Source of the DNA: an uncultured Verrucomicrobiae bacterium
GTDB lineage: Bacteria > Verrucomicrobiota > Verrucomicrobiia > Chthoniobacterales > JAFAMB01
Length of the DNA: 64,000 nt
Reading direction: 5' to 3'
NCBI GenBank assembly: GCA_963837955.1
Contig: CAWIPH010000002.1
Span: forward strand, 384,001 to 448,000
A model generated the notes under the pieces. It was not told the origin of the DNA. It did not search any database and saw nothing but the letters and a program-made list of their open reading frames with translations. Both the position numbers and the translations under genes were made by a program. Each line of letters opens with the position of its first letter. Positions within the stretch are counted from its first letter, which is position 1. Below, piece after piece: positions 47,974-56,655 of the stretch.

Positions 47974-48789
47974 CTAGAGTCGCAAGAAATCGCGGAGGAA
48001 CTGGAACCAGAGGTAAAACATCCCGCGCCAGGTGTAGCGGACTTGCTGGGTGCCAACAGGTTTTAGCAAACCGGATCTCACGTTGTGATCAATTTGGGCC
48101 CGAAGATCTTGCTCCAAAAGGTCACGAATCTGTTCCGGATCGAGCGGAAGTATGTCGCCGTCGCCAACTCTCTCTTTCTTCAACAAAGAGCGATGCGCTG
48201 CACACATTTCACTGGTTGACAGTGTCGACCGCACCCGGCGAACTCGAGTCTTGGGCGTGAATTTGAGTGAGTAAGCAAACGGGTAGTTCCACGTCACAAA
48301 GACCTGCCCATCGCGAGAACGAGTCATCAAACTGATATAGTAAAACGCCAGTTCGCGCTGGTTAACCAGACAGACCGCGGCTTGGACATTGTCCGAAGCT
48401 CGGTGGAACAGTCGCAGAAACTGCTCCTGTACGTCTGAGTCATAACCCACATCTTCAGCTAGCTGAAAATCCTCTTTTTCCATTTCGTCGGTCAAATCTT
48501 CCAAAAAAGGGAACAGATCAGTGCGGGGCGGTGTCTTCTCCCGAAAAGAACGATCAAGAGGGAGGCGCATTCGACGGATTCGCGTCAAAATTTCCAGCCA
48601 AGGTAAAAGGAACCACAAAGAGACCGCCGCCAATCCTAGAGACCAACTTCCGGTCGGTAAGTATCCAATGAGAAATGAGGCCGATACAAAGCAGGTAACG
48701 CTCAGTCGCTGGCAAATCGGACCGTGGTAGGTGCGGAATGCTGCACCCAACACGACAACGCCAAGGATTAACAAAATTGAAGAAAACAT
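47974..48789 (-). CDS. Hypothetical membrane protein
   Basis: 271 aa with N-terminal TM helices. Confidence 0.8.
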   Translation of the reverse strand: MFSSILLILGVVVLGAAFRTYHGPICQRLSVTCFVSASFLIGYLPTGSWSLGLAAVSLWFLLPWLEILTRIRRMRLPLDRSFREKTPPRTDLFPFLEDLTDEMEKEDFQLAEDVGYDSDVQEQFLRLFHRASDNVQAAVCLVNQRELAFYYISLMTRSRDGQVFVTWNYPFAYSLKFTPKTRVRRVRSTLSTSEMCAAHRSLLKKERVGDGDILPLDPEQIRDLLEQDLRAQIDHNVRSGLLKPVGTQQVRYTWRGMFYLWFQFLRDFLRL

Positions 48790-48819
48790 CGTAAAAGGAG
48801 GGGGCAGAGCGGGGGGAGT

Positions 48820-49074
48820 CTAAGGCATTATCTCGTGTTGTTGAAGAAATTCTTCCAGCTCTTCCGGGCCGAAATCCGCCAATATGAGATCCGCGACGAC
48901 CAAGGTGGGAGCGTAAGTCTGGCCCGAAAGTCGTTTCATCTCGGCGAACGCGGCTCGATCGCTGATTACGTCAATTGATTTATAGGCGTAGCCGTGTTCA
49001 CGCAAATAGTTCTCTGCTCTGCGACACCACCCGCAACCTGGTTTGACGTACAAAATCAACTCTTTCGGAATCAT
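48820..49074 (-). CDS. Glutaredoxin family protein
   Basis: CGWC active site, SGQ..AP; TAATG overlap with the upstream gene. Confidence 0.93.
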   Translation of the reverse strand: MIPKELILYVKPGCGWCRRAENYLREHGYAYKSIDVISDRAAFAEMKRLSGQTYAPTLVVADLILADFGPEELEEFLQQHEIMP

Positions 49075-50201
49075 TAGCGCTGGTCGGTTATTTGTTTGGA
49101 GAGCATATAAAGGACGAGATAGCCGGCTTTCGCAAGTGCTTCCGATCCGAGATGATCTGCGGTGTCGTCCGCCGTTTGCAAAATGAGAGAATTGCCATCC
49201 AATAACGCGATGGCGGGAATGCCGGCCTCTTGAAACGGTACATGGTCGAGTAGGAGAGGTCGAGTTCCTGGTTCCAGTTTTAGACCGAGCGCTTCTGCGC
49301 CGCTCCGAAATTGTTCGATTAGGCCGGCATCGGAATTAGGCGGATAAGCAAGAGTCGCGTTGCGTTCTCCCAGATTCTCGAGGGAGATGGCCAATCGCAC
49401 GTCTTTCGCGCGCTGATTGATATGCAACGCCTGCGTGTAAAATCGGCTGCCAAAGAGTCCATCTTGCGGACCAATCTGGCGGAACGGCATATGCCCATCC
49501 AAAAAAAGAAGTTCGACGTGGGAGGCTAACCGCGGATCGATCGCAAGAGTCCGAGCAATCTCAATAAGAATCGCAGTGTTTGCGGCACCATCAGTAGCTC
49601 CAGGGTCGTTAGCGATGCCGAGGTCAACGGTATCAAAATGGGCCGCTACGATCAGGCGGGGAGCAATCACTGGAAGCCGGTCGGAGTGCGCGACCAGACT
49701 GCAAAACTCTATCTGGCGACCGGCCGGGGTCTGTTCACTAAATCGCTGTTCCTGCGCTTGCCATCCCGATCGCTTGAGCTCCCCGATGATATAGGGGCGG
49801 AGTTGATTTAGCGGTTCGGTGCCAGAGATTCTTTGACCGAAACGAAGAATGGCCTGCGCCGTATCCAGCGCCCGTTCGCCGTTGAAATCTTTCCAAATCG
49901 CGTTTCGGCGGGGCGGTAAGGGAGGACCTGGCGACGTCGCCGGTGTCTGGCCCGGTCCAGGAGATTGCTTCGATTCTTCTGTTTCGGACTTCTTTTCGCA
50001 TGAACAAAGAAACAAGCTCATAAACGCAACGAGCGCGAAAGCCTGTGCGCCAAGTTTGCGCGTCCGACGAAGCTCTTGCCGGCTGGACCATGGTGCACAA
50101 CTTAGCGAAGTCGGAAGCAGCTCCCCTCCGACATCGGGGGTAAGCTTGCTGTCAAGAAAGTCGCTCTGTCCAAGGCGCCGATGCGCAAAAAAAGGCCCCA
50201 T
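49074..50201 (-). CDS. M28/glutaminyl-cyclase-fold lipoprotein with degenerate active site
   Basis: Lipobox-like LCSC, FNGERA, AHFDT, GATDG, DHVPF; but DGHM, LENL and QTADD replace DGEE, LDM and HT..D; start uncertain. Confidence 0.8.
   Translation of the reverse strand: MGPFFAHRRLGQSDFLDSKLTPDVGGELLPTSLSCAPWSSRQELRRTRKLGAQAFALVAFMSLFLCSCEKKSETEESKQSPGPGQTPATSPGPPLPPRRNAIWKDFNGERALDTAQAILRFGQRISGTEPLNQLRPYIIGELKRSGWQAQEQRFSEQTPAGRQIEFCSLVAHSDRLPVIAPRLIVAAHFDTVDLGIANDPGATDGAANTAILIEIARTLAIDPRLASHVELLFLDGHMPFRQIGPQDGLFGSRFYTQALHINQRAKDVRLAISLENLGERNATLAYPPNSDAGLIEQFRSGAEALGLKLEPGTRPLLLDHVPFQEAGIPAIALLDGNSLILQTADDTADHLGSEALAKAGYLVLYMLSKQITDQR
50062..50115. repeat. gtccgacgaagc...gcgaagtYgga repeat family, copy B
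   Basis: Lies inside the 5' part of the M28 ORF. Confidence 0.6.
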
Positions 50202-50210
50202 GATTCGGCG

Positions 50211-51101
50211 TCACTCCGCCTTCACATCCAAAAGAGCAAGGATGCGTTCAAGATCGTCGTTGCCATAGTATTGGATCTCGATCCGGCCTCGTTTCTCTTG
50301 ATGGTGAATAGTCACGTGCGTTGCTAATTTTTCTCGTAGCCGGTTTTCGAGTCGAGCGACGGCATGATCGATCGTTGGTCGCGAAGGAGGAGCAGGGCGG
50401 GCCCCGGTTTTACCGCTGCGCGCCAAGCCATGACGTGCGAGCTGATCGGCAACGAGTTTTTCGGTCGCTCTGACGGTAGCATTCTGGCGAATGGCTCGCT
50501 CGGCCAGGGCCAACTGTTCATCCGCATTCTCCAAAGTGAGCAAAACCTTGGCATGACCCACGCTCAACAAGCTCTGGGAAATATAGCTTTGGACCTCGCC
50601 AGGCAAATCGAGCAAGCGCAACGAGTTCGCGACGACTGACCGACTCTTGCCGACCCGGTTGGCGATATCTTCCTGCCGGAGCGAGAACTCCTGCGCTAAT
50701 CTGCGGTAGGCCTGGGCTTCTTCGATGGGATTGAGATCTTCGCGCTGTAGATTTTCGATCAGCGCCATTTCCAGCACGTCCTGGTCAGACGCAGTCCGGA
50801 TGATTACCGGCGCTTCGCTCAGACCGAGTTGGGCGGCGGCCCGCCAGCGGCGTTCACCTGCGATAAGTTCGCACTTCCCGTTGACCCGGCGAACGATGAG
50901 AGGCTGGATGATGCCGTGTTCCCTGATCGATTCGACCAATTCCTGTAGTTGATCAGACCGAAAATCCTTACGCGGTTGCAGCGGGCTAGGCACAATCTCC
51001 GCCAATGCTACTCTTTCCACACGATCGCCCGGTTCAAGACTGGCCGGCTTTGGAGTATTGATGAGTGCGCCGAGCCCCTTACCGAGAACGACCTTTGCCA
51101 T
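50211..51101 (-). CDS. parB: Chromosome partitioning protein ParB
   Basis: LGKGL.AL, QPRK.F, GIIQP, IAGERRWRA, ENLQREDL, HTH GKSRS.VAN. Confidence 0.96.
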   Translation of the reverse strand: MAKVVLGKGLGALINTPKPASLEPGDRVERVALAEIVPSPLQPRKDFRSDQLQELVESIREHGIIQPLIVRRVNGKCELIAGERRWRAAAQLGLSEAPVIIRTASDQDVLEMALIENLQREDLNPIEEAQAYRRLAQEFSLRQEDIANRVGKSRSVVANSLRLLDLPGEVQSYISQSLLSVGHAKVLLTLENADEQLALAERAIRQNATVRATEKLVADQLARHGLARSGKTGARPAPPSRPTIDHAVARLENRLREKLATHVTIHHQEKRGRIEIQYYGNDDLERILALLDVKAE

Positions 51102-51287
51102 AGAATCTGGATGCTACCGGACCCTCGTTATTTACGCAAAGGATTAGTCAATGTTGATAGTCCATATTGGTATTTCGCCGATCCTCGGGAGGATTTTCGT
51201 TCTTCGTTTTTGTCGTCGCGCAAGGCTTTAGCGGACAGGCTGTTGTTCTTCGCGCTTGCAATGTCTGGAGCGTCGGCAAGTCCTTGG

Positions 51288-51404
51288 AGGGAGGGCGCAC
51301 AGCCCGACTCCGCAGCGGATCGCGAGGATCCGACGTCGCAGAAGCGCATTGTCGTTGAGCGTGAGGCATCGAAAAGCTATGTCGGACAGGCCGCGATCCC
51401 TCCC
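51288..51404. repeat. REP/MITE-like element (gggaggg family), copy 1
   Basis: agggagggcgcacagcc ... ggccgcgatccctccc; reverse complement aligns with 58337-58446 (gcctgtccgacatagc, gcgacgtcggatcctcg). Confidence 0.8.
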
Positions 51405-51530
51405 GGTCGACCGCCGGTCGGTGTCACGACATTTCGTCGACGACGACGATGGTGATCGCTTGCCTCGCCGGCCTTCTCTATCTTGGGCCCGCCATTTGCA
51501 AGAAGATGCCTGCAGTGCTTCTAGGGGAGG

Positions 51531-52757
51531 GTGAACATTTGGCGTGACCCGAAAGCTCGGATCGTTCTAACCGCGAATTTCTTGTTAGTTGTCGGGGCGG
51601 GCATCACGTTTATGGCAGTTCCCTGGTTGCTGATCCAGCAGCCGGAAGGCAAAGCCATTCTTGGCTACACCAACTCTATCGTTACGTTGCTCATTCTCTT
51701 CCTGTTGCCGTATCTGGGCAAACTGGTGGACCGCAATTCGAGGAAAGCGGTCGTTCTGATTTTCTTGGCGTGCGGGTTCACGGTCAACATTTTGGTGATC
51801 GGCGCCATGCTTTTTCGCGGGCGTGTCGAAATCTGGGAGCTACTGCTAGTTTTCGGCTACGGCTCACTCGGGGCCAGTGTCTACTACCCGGCGCAATTCG
51901 CGTTAAACCAGGAGATCTTTGCTCGCGAACAATACGAAGCATTAAGCGGCGCGATCGAAATTCAGTGGCAGGCCGGAGCGATGATCGCGGGGGCCCTAGG
52001 CGCGTTCCTCATCTCGCGAGTGCCACTTTGGATCATTCTAGCGATGGATGCATCAATGTACGCGCTGAGCTTTTTCCTCCTCACCCATTTGGCCTACCGA
52101 CGCAGCAATCAGTTGGTTTCTTCAGCCGGTTCCGCCATTCATTTGATGTGGGAAGGCATCCGCTATTTGCGGCAGCGACCGCGGCTCTCCATCGTGATGT
52201 TTGCAAGCTTCCTGCCCTTCCTGGCGTTAATGGTTGCGAATTACCTCTCACCAATTTTCGTCAAAGATACATTGGGAATGGGTTCGGAAGTATATGCCAC
52301 TGGAGAAATTAGCTATGCGGTCGGCGCTATTATCGCGGGGCTGACGGTGCCCTTTGTTAATGGAAGGATCGGTTTGATCCCCACGCTTCTCTTCACCATC
52401 GGTGTTTACACGATTGCAGTGGCGCTAAACCCGATCCTGCCCGTGGCCGCGATTTTCTTTATCTCTTTCCTATTGCAAGGGTGGGGTAATGCCGGTTCGC
52501 GTGTGGCCCGAAGCATCCTGGTCCTGAAAACCGTTCCGAACGACATTATCGGCCGAGTCAATCTATTCTACAGCGCGATCGAGCGCCTTTTTCGCGCGGC
52601 TCTGCTCGCGCTCGTGACTTACCTGCTCAAGGATTGGGGTCCAAATCTCTCCTACTACATTCTCGCTGGTCTTTGTCTCGCCGGCTGGTTCCTAGTGGTG
52701 GCGTGCCGCGAGGTTCGGACACATCGGATAGAACCCGTTTCCCTGCCTCTCGTATGA
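51531..52757 (+). CDS. MFS transporter
   Basis: About 12 TM segments; motif A GKLVDRNSRK. Confidence 0.92.
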   Translation: MNIWRDPKARIVLTANFLLVVGAGITFMAVPWLLIQQPEGKAILGYTNSIVTLLILFLLPYLGKLVDRNSRKAVVLIFLACGFTVNILVIGAMLFRGRVEIWELLLVFGYGSLGASVYYPAQFALNQEIFAREQYEALSGAIEIQWQAGAMIAGALGAFLISRVPLWIILAMDASMYALSFFLLTHLAYRRSNQLVSSAGSAIHLMWEGIRYLRQRPRLSIVMFASFLPFLALMVANYLSPIFVKDTLGMGSEVYATGEISYAVGAIIAGLTVPFVNGRIGLIPTLLFTIGVYTIAVALNPILPVAAIFFISFLLQGWGNAGSRVARSILVLKTVPNDIIGRVNLFYSAIERLFRAALLALVTYLLKDWGPNLSYYILAGLCLAGWFLVVACREVRTHRIEPVSLPLV

Positions 52758-53413
52758 TTTTTGAAGAACTCATCTGGATCGATGATCTATCTCCCAGGAC
52801 AGCCGCCCTAAATATGGCGATTGACGAGGCACTACTCAGGCAAACCTCGGCGACGGCCATATTCCACACCTATAGGTGGCAGTCTCCCAGTGTTTCCTTC
52901 GGTTATTTCGCAAAATGGGCGCTAGTCAGAGAGCAATATCCGGATCGGGAGTTGGTCCGGCGTTGGACCGGCGGAGGCGCAGTGGAGCACGGCCACGATT
53001 TCACTTATTCCTTGATTCTTTCGTGTCCGCGAAAATTATTTAGAGCTCACTCATTATATCGGACGCTCCATTCAAACATTGCGGAAACCTTTCGAGAACA
53101 GGGAAAACAGGTCGCGTTATCGAACAGCTTGGACGACGGTCCATCGGTGAATTGTTTCGATCGACCAGTGCAGCACGACGTGACTTTCGAGGGTGCGAAA
53201 ATTGCTGGAGCAGCGATCCGACGGTTGCGTGATCGGCTGCTATTACAAGGTAGTATCCAGCGAACGGATCTATGGCCAGACTTAGGTGTCCATCTAGCGA
53301 AAAGACTGAGCGCGGTGGTCCGGCGGCAGCCCGTTTTGCCCGTGACAATTAACGAAGCCACGCATATCGCTAACGAAAAATATGGAACGGACGCCTGGAC
53401 TCGGAGATTTTAG
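52754..53413 (+). CDS. Lipoate-protein ligase A / LipM-like protein
   Basis: NMAIDEALL, VSFGYF, RRWTGGGAV.H, KIAGAA; ATG 52754 overlaps the MFS stop. Confidence 0.92.
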   Translation: MIFEELIWIDDLSPRTAALNMAIDEALLRQTSATAIFHTYRWQSPSVSFGYFAKWALVREQYPDRELVRRWTGGGAVEHGHDFTYSLILSCPRKLFRAHSLYRTLHSNIAETFREQGKQVALSNSLDDGPSVNCFDRPVQHDVTFEGAKIAGAAIRRLRDRLLLQGSIQRTDLWPDLGVHLAKRLSAVVRRQPVLPVTINEATHIANEKYGTDAWTRRF

Positions 53414-53481
53414 TGGCTGATACGCTGCACCAGATTCTGGTGCCCTGCCCCCGTTGCTTTGGTCCCCTTTTCGATTGACCC

Positions 53482-54612
53482 ATGAATGACGCATTCTTTC
53501 GAAATCGCCTTTTCGCTGATGTGAGCGCGGACTCGCTGCGATCTGTCGCGATTCGTGAGATGGATTTTAAGGAAGGGGAAGTGATTGTTCGGGAGGGAGC
53601 ACCGGGGAATTCGTTGCTTTTGGTCGGTGCAGGGAGGGTGCAAATATCCAAGGCCGGCCGGCAAGGGCACGAGGAGGTTCTTTCAGTTCTTGAACCAAAC
53701 GACTTTTTTGGCGAATTCGCATTTCTGGATCATGGCCCTCGGTCAGCCACCGCCATCGCTCTTCAGCCAAGTTTGATCGGGGAAATCGATCGCACGACTT
53801 TAGATCTTCTGATGGAGAGCGCTCCGCGGGTTCTGCCGATCAATTTCACGCGGGTAATTGTGGAGCGCCTTCGATCCACCAATGCGCGCTTCATCGACGA
53901 GCTATTGCGCGGCGAAAGGCTTACGCTACTCGGGACGATGCTTAGTTCGATCGTTCATGATCTGAAGAACCCGATGGCTGCCATCGTCTCATCGGTGAGC
54001 TACCTCCAACAAAAAACGTCCGACGAGTTTACGAAAAGTGCAGCTGAGATTATCAGAGGGTCTGCCGACCGCATGATGCTATTGACGGAAGAGCTGCTCG
54101 ATTTCGCCCGCGGTACAACCCGGCTCCGACCAACCTGGACGACCGCGGATCGGCTTCTAGAGCTGCTTGACCGCGAGATCCTGGAGCAAGTGCGGCTTTC
54201 TCCAATCAACGTCAAGATTGACGTACGAACCTCTGATCGATTCTTGATAGACGAAGGCCGCCTGACTCGTTGCTTGGCCAATATCATCAAGAACGCGCGG
54301 GAGGCGCTAAAGGATCGAGGAGAAATCGATCTTATCTTTGGTCCACGAGAGCAGGGGTTGCAGATATCAGTCGCTGACCATGGTCCCGGCATCCCGGAGC
54401 AAATCCGCGGACAAGTGTTTGAACCCTTTTTTACGTATCAGAAACGAAGTGGCACCGGACTGGGGCTCTCCATCGCTAAGTCCTGCGTCGAGGCGCACGG
54501 AGGCAAGATCTGGTTTGATAGCAGCGCCGGAGCTGGAACCACGTTTTATGTTTGGCTTCCGCGCGAGGCGAAGATCTCGTGGCCGCAGGAAGCGCGAACC
54601 GAAACCGAATGA
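53482..54612 (+). CDS. cNMP-binding-domain sensor histidine kinase
   Basis: FFGE.A...PRSATA; HDLKNP H-box; N, D.G.GI, FEPF and GTGLGL boxes. Confidence 0.94.
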   Translation: MNDAFFRNRLFADVSADSLRSVAIREMDFKEGEVIVREGAPGNSLLLVGAGRVQISKAGRQGHEEVLSVLEPNDFFGEFAFLDHGPRSATAIALQPSLIGEIDRTTLDLLMESAPRVLPINFTRVIVERLRSTNARFIDELLRGERLTLLGTMLSSIVHDLKNPMAAIVSSVSYLQQKTSDEFTKSAAEIIRGSADRMMLLTEELLDFARGTTRLRPTWTTADRLLELLDREILEQVRLSPINVKIDVRTSDRFLIDEGRLTRCLANIIKNAREALKDRGEIDLIFGPREQGLQISVADHGPGIPEQIRGQVFEPFFTYQKRSGTGLGLSIAKSCVEAHGGKIWFDSSAGAGTTFYVWLPREAKISWPQEARTETE

Positions 54613-54630
54613 AGTTTTTAGCGGCGACGC

Positions 54631-54686
54631 GTCCGACGAAGCCTCCTCCGACGTTCGTACAATGACTTACGATTCGCGAAGTCGGA
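54631..54686. repeat. gtccgacgaagc...gcgaagtYgga repeat family, copy C
   Basis: Between the convergent kinase and metG genes. Confidence 0.6.
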
Positions 54687-54731
54687 AGCCGTGACTCATG
54701 ATAGCCTAGAGGGCGAAGCCCTAGGAATAAG

Positions 54732-56276
54732 TCAGGCTTCGATCCTCGGGAACACAGGTGTGGGAGTACCGACCCGGTGTCCGTCTTCCAGTACGCCCCA
54801 CTTAAACCCGGTATAATTCGCCGCGTTTAGCTGACGAAGAATCGACTCACTCGCGGTGGGAATAATTGGACTCATGCACTGAGCAAGCAGTCGAGCGGAT
54901 TCTGCCAATGTATAGAGGACCGAATCGAGCAGGTCCGCCTGGGCTGGATCCTTAGCCAATTTCCACGGAGCTTTCTGCTCAACCAAAGTGTTCCCGGCGG
55001 AGACCAATTCCCAGATTGCTTCGAGCGCCGCGTGGGGTTGGAATTGTTCGAATGCTTCCTGGTATTTTTCGATCATCCCATTGGCACAAGTCTTTATTCG
55101 CTCTAGGTCGGCATCCGCTACCTTTGCATTTCGAAGGATTCCGGACCGGTACCGCTGCGCCATATTAATCGTGCGGTTGACTAAGTTACCCAGATCGTTG
55201 GCCAGATCGCTGTTGTACCGCGATACCAGTCTCGCTTCATTAAAGTCGGCGTCTTGACCGGTGATAATGTCCCTCATCAGATAATAGCGTATCGCGTCTG
55301 CACCATATCGGTCCGTCAGGAGCAGTGGGTCGACGACGTTGCCGAGACTTTTGCTCATCTTCGCTCCGCTGATATTCCACCAGCCATGCACGACCAGACG
55401 GGGCATTTGCCGATCGGAAAACCCCATCGCATGGAGCATGATTGGCCAATATATACCGTGGGCCGGAATGAGGATGTCCTTCCCAATAATGTGCCCCTGA
55501 CATGGCCAGAGTTCCGCAAAATCTGGAAATCCGCCGCCCGCTTCGGCGAGGTAGCCGGCGAATGTTACGTAGTTGAGGAGCGCGTCGAACCAAACGTAGG
55601 TCACGTATTCCGGATCGAATGGAAATTCTATTCCCCACGAAAGCCTTTCTTTAGGTCGCGAAACGCAGAGGTCGCCGGAAATCCGATCGATCGCGTTCAG
55701 AAGTTCCAGCCGGCGAAAATTCGGAATGACGAAATCCGGGCGGTTCTGCACGAGCTTCTTCAGCCATTCTTTGTGTTTCGCCAGTCGGAAATACCAATTT
55801 TCTTCCTCCAGAAAAATGACCTCACCCCATTCCGGCCCGAATTCGCCATCTGCATCTCGGTCTTTGTCGGTTAGAAATTGTTCCTGCCGAACGCTGTAGT
55901 AACCGGGGTACTTCTCCTTGTAGAGTTCGCCCTTTTCAAAAAGCGCCTGAATTACGTTTTGCACCGCTCGCTTATGCCGCGGATCGGTGGTAGCGGCCCA
56001 TCCATCATATTGGATCGTGAGCTTATCCCAGAGGTCGATGAACGAATCGGTGAATCTCTGGGCAAATTGGAGCGGCTCAATGCCCTCACGTTGAGCCGCC
56101 TGTTGCACTTTTTGGCCATGTTGATCGACCCCAGTTAGAAAAAAAGTAGATTGGCCCGCGACACGGCGATATCGAGTGATTACGTCGCCGAGTATAACCT
56201 CGTAAGCGTAGCCGATATGCGGACCCGCATTGGTATATGCGATAGCTGTAGTAACGAAATACTTCGCTGGTTTCAC
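54732..56276 (-). CDS. metG: Methionyl-tRNA synthetase
   Basis: PHIGY (HIGH variant), TG.D.HGQK, YVWFDAL.NY, IGKDI, KMSKSLGN, FPRIE end; no C-terminal dimerisation domain. Confidence 0.96.
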   Translation of the reverse strand: MKPAKYFVTTAIAYTNAGPHIGYAYEVILGDVITRYRRVAGQSTFFLTGVDQHGQKVQQAAQREGIEPLQFAQRFTDSFIDLWDKLTIQYDGWAATTDPRHKRAVQNVIQALFEKGELYKEKYPGYYSVRQEQFLTDKDRDADGEFGPEWGEVIFLEEENWYFRLAKHKEWLKKLVQNRPDFVIPNFRRLELLNAIDRISGDLCVSRPKERLSWGIEFPFDPEYVTYVWFDALLNYVTFAGYLAEAGGGFPDFAELWPCQGHIIGKDILIPAHGIYWPIMLHAMGFSDRQMPRLVVHGWWNISGAKMSKSLGNVVDPLLLTDRYGADAIRYYLMRDIITGQDADFNEARLVSRYNSDLANDLGNLVNRTINMAQRYRSGILRNAKVADADLERIKTCANGMIEKYQEAFEQFQPHAALEAIWELVSAGNTLVEQKAPWKLAKDPAQADLLDSVLYTLAESARLLAQCMSPIIPTASESILRQLNAANYTGFKWGVLEDGHRVGTPTPVFPRIEA

Positions 56277-56298
56277 GTTTGAAAAAATCAGAACGGTT

Positions 56299-56652
56299 TT
56301 AAGCTTTGGATTCGGGAGCTACCTTCCCGCCCCAGGAGAGGATTCGCGCTTTCACGCCGGCCGCCTCTGCTTCTTTGATCTGATTGTTGCGGACGTACAG
56401 CAAAGAAAGGCTCGACCAAGCCAGTTGATCATTGGGATGCAGTTCGACGGCTTTCTTCCCCGCTTCGATGGCTGCGACGAAATCGCCGTTCTTCATGAGA
56501 GCCATACCCAGAGCATGCCAGCCATCAAAGAATTGGGGGTCGATCGCTATGCATTGCCGGTATTTGGCAATCGCATCCGGCAACTCGCCAACCGCCAAGT
56601 CAGCATTGGCATCATCAAATAGCTGCTCGACAGAGTTGGGGATATCTTCCAT
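56299..56652 (-). CDS. Tetratricopeptide repeat protein
   Basis: TPR consensus helices (W.ALGMAL, A.ELHPND..AW). Confidence 0.9.
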   Translation of the reverse strand: MEDIPNSVEQLFDDANADLAVGELPDAIAKYRQCIAIDPQFFDGWHALGMALMKNGDFVAAIEAGKKAVELHPNDQLAWSSLSLLYVRNNQIKEAEAAGVKARILSWGGKVAPESKA

Positions 56653-56655
56653 TGC

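Noticed and set aside
50949..51534. ORFs between parB and the MFS gene, and similar ones at 58200-58732
   Set aside because: They overlap REP/MITE elements; no parA or other recognisable protein.
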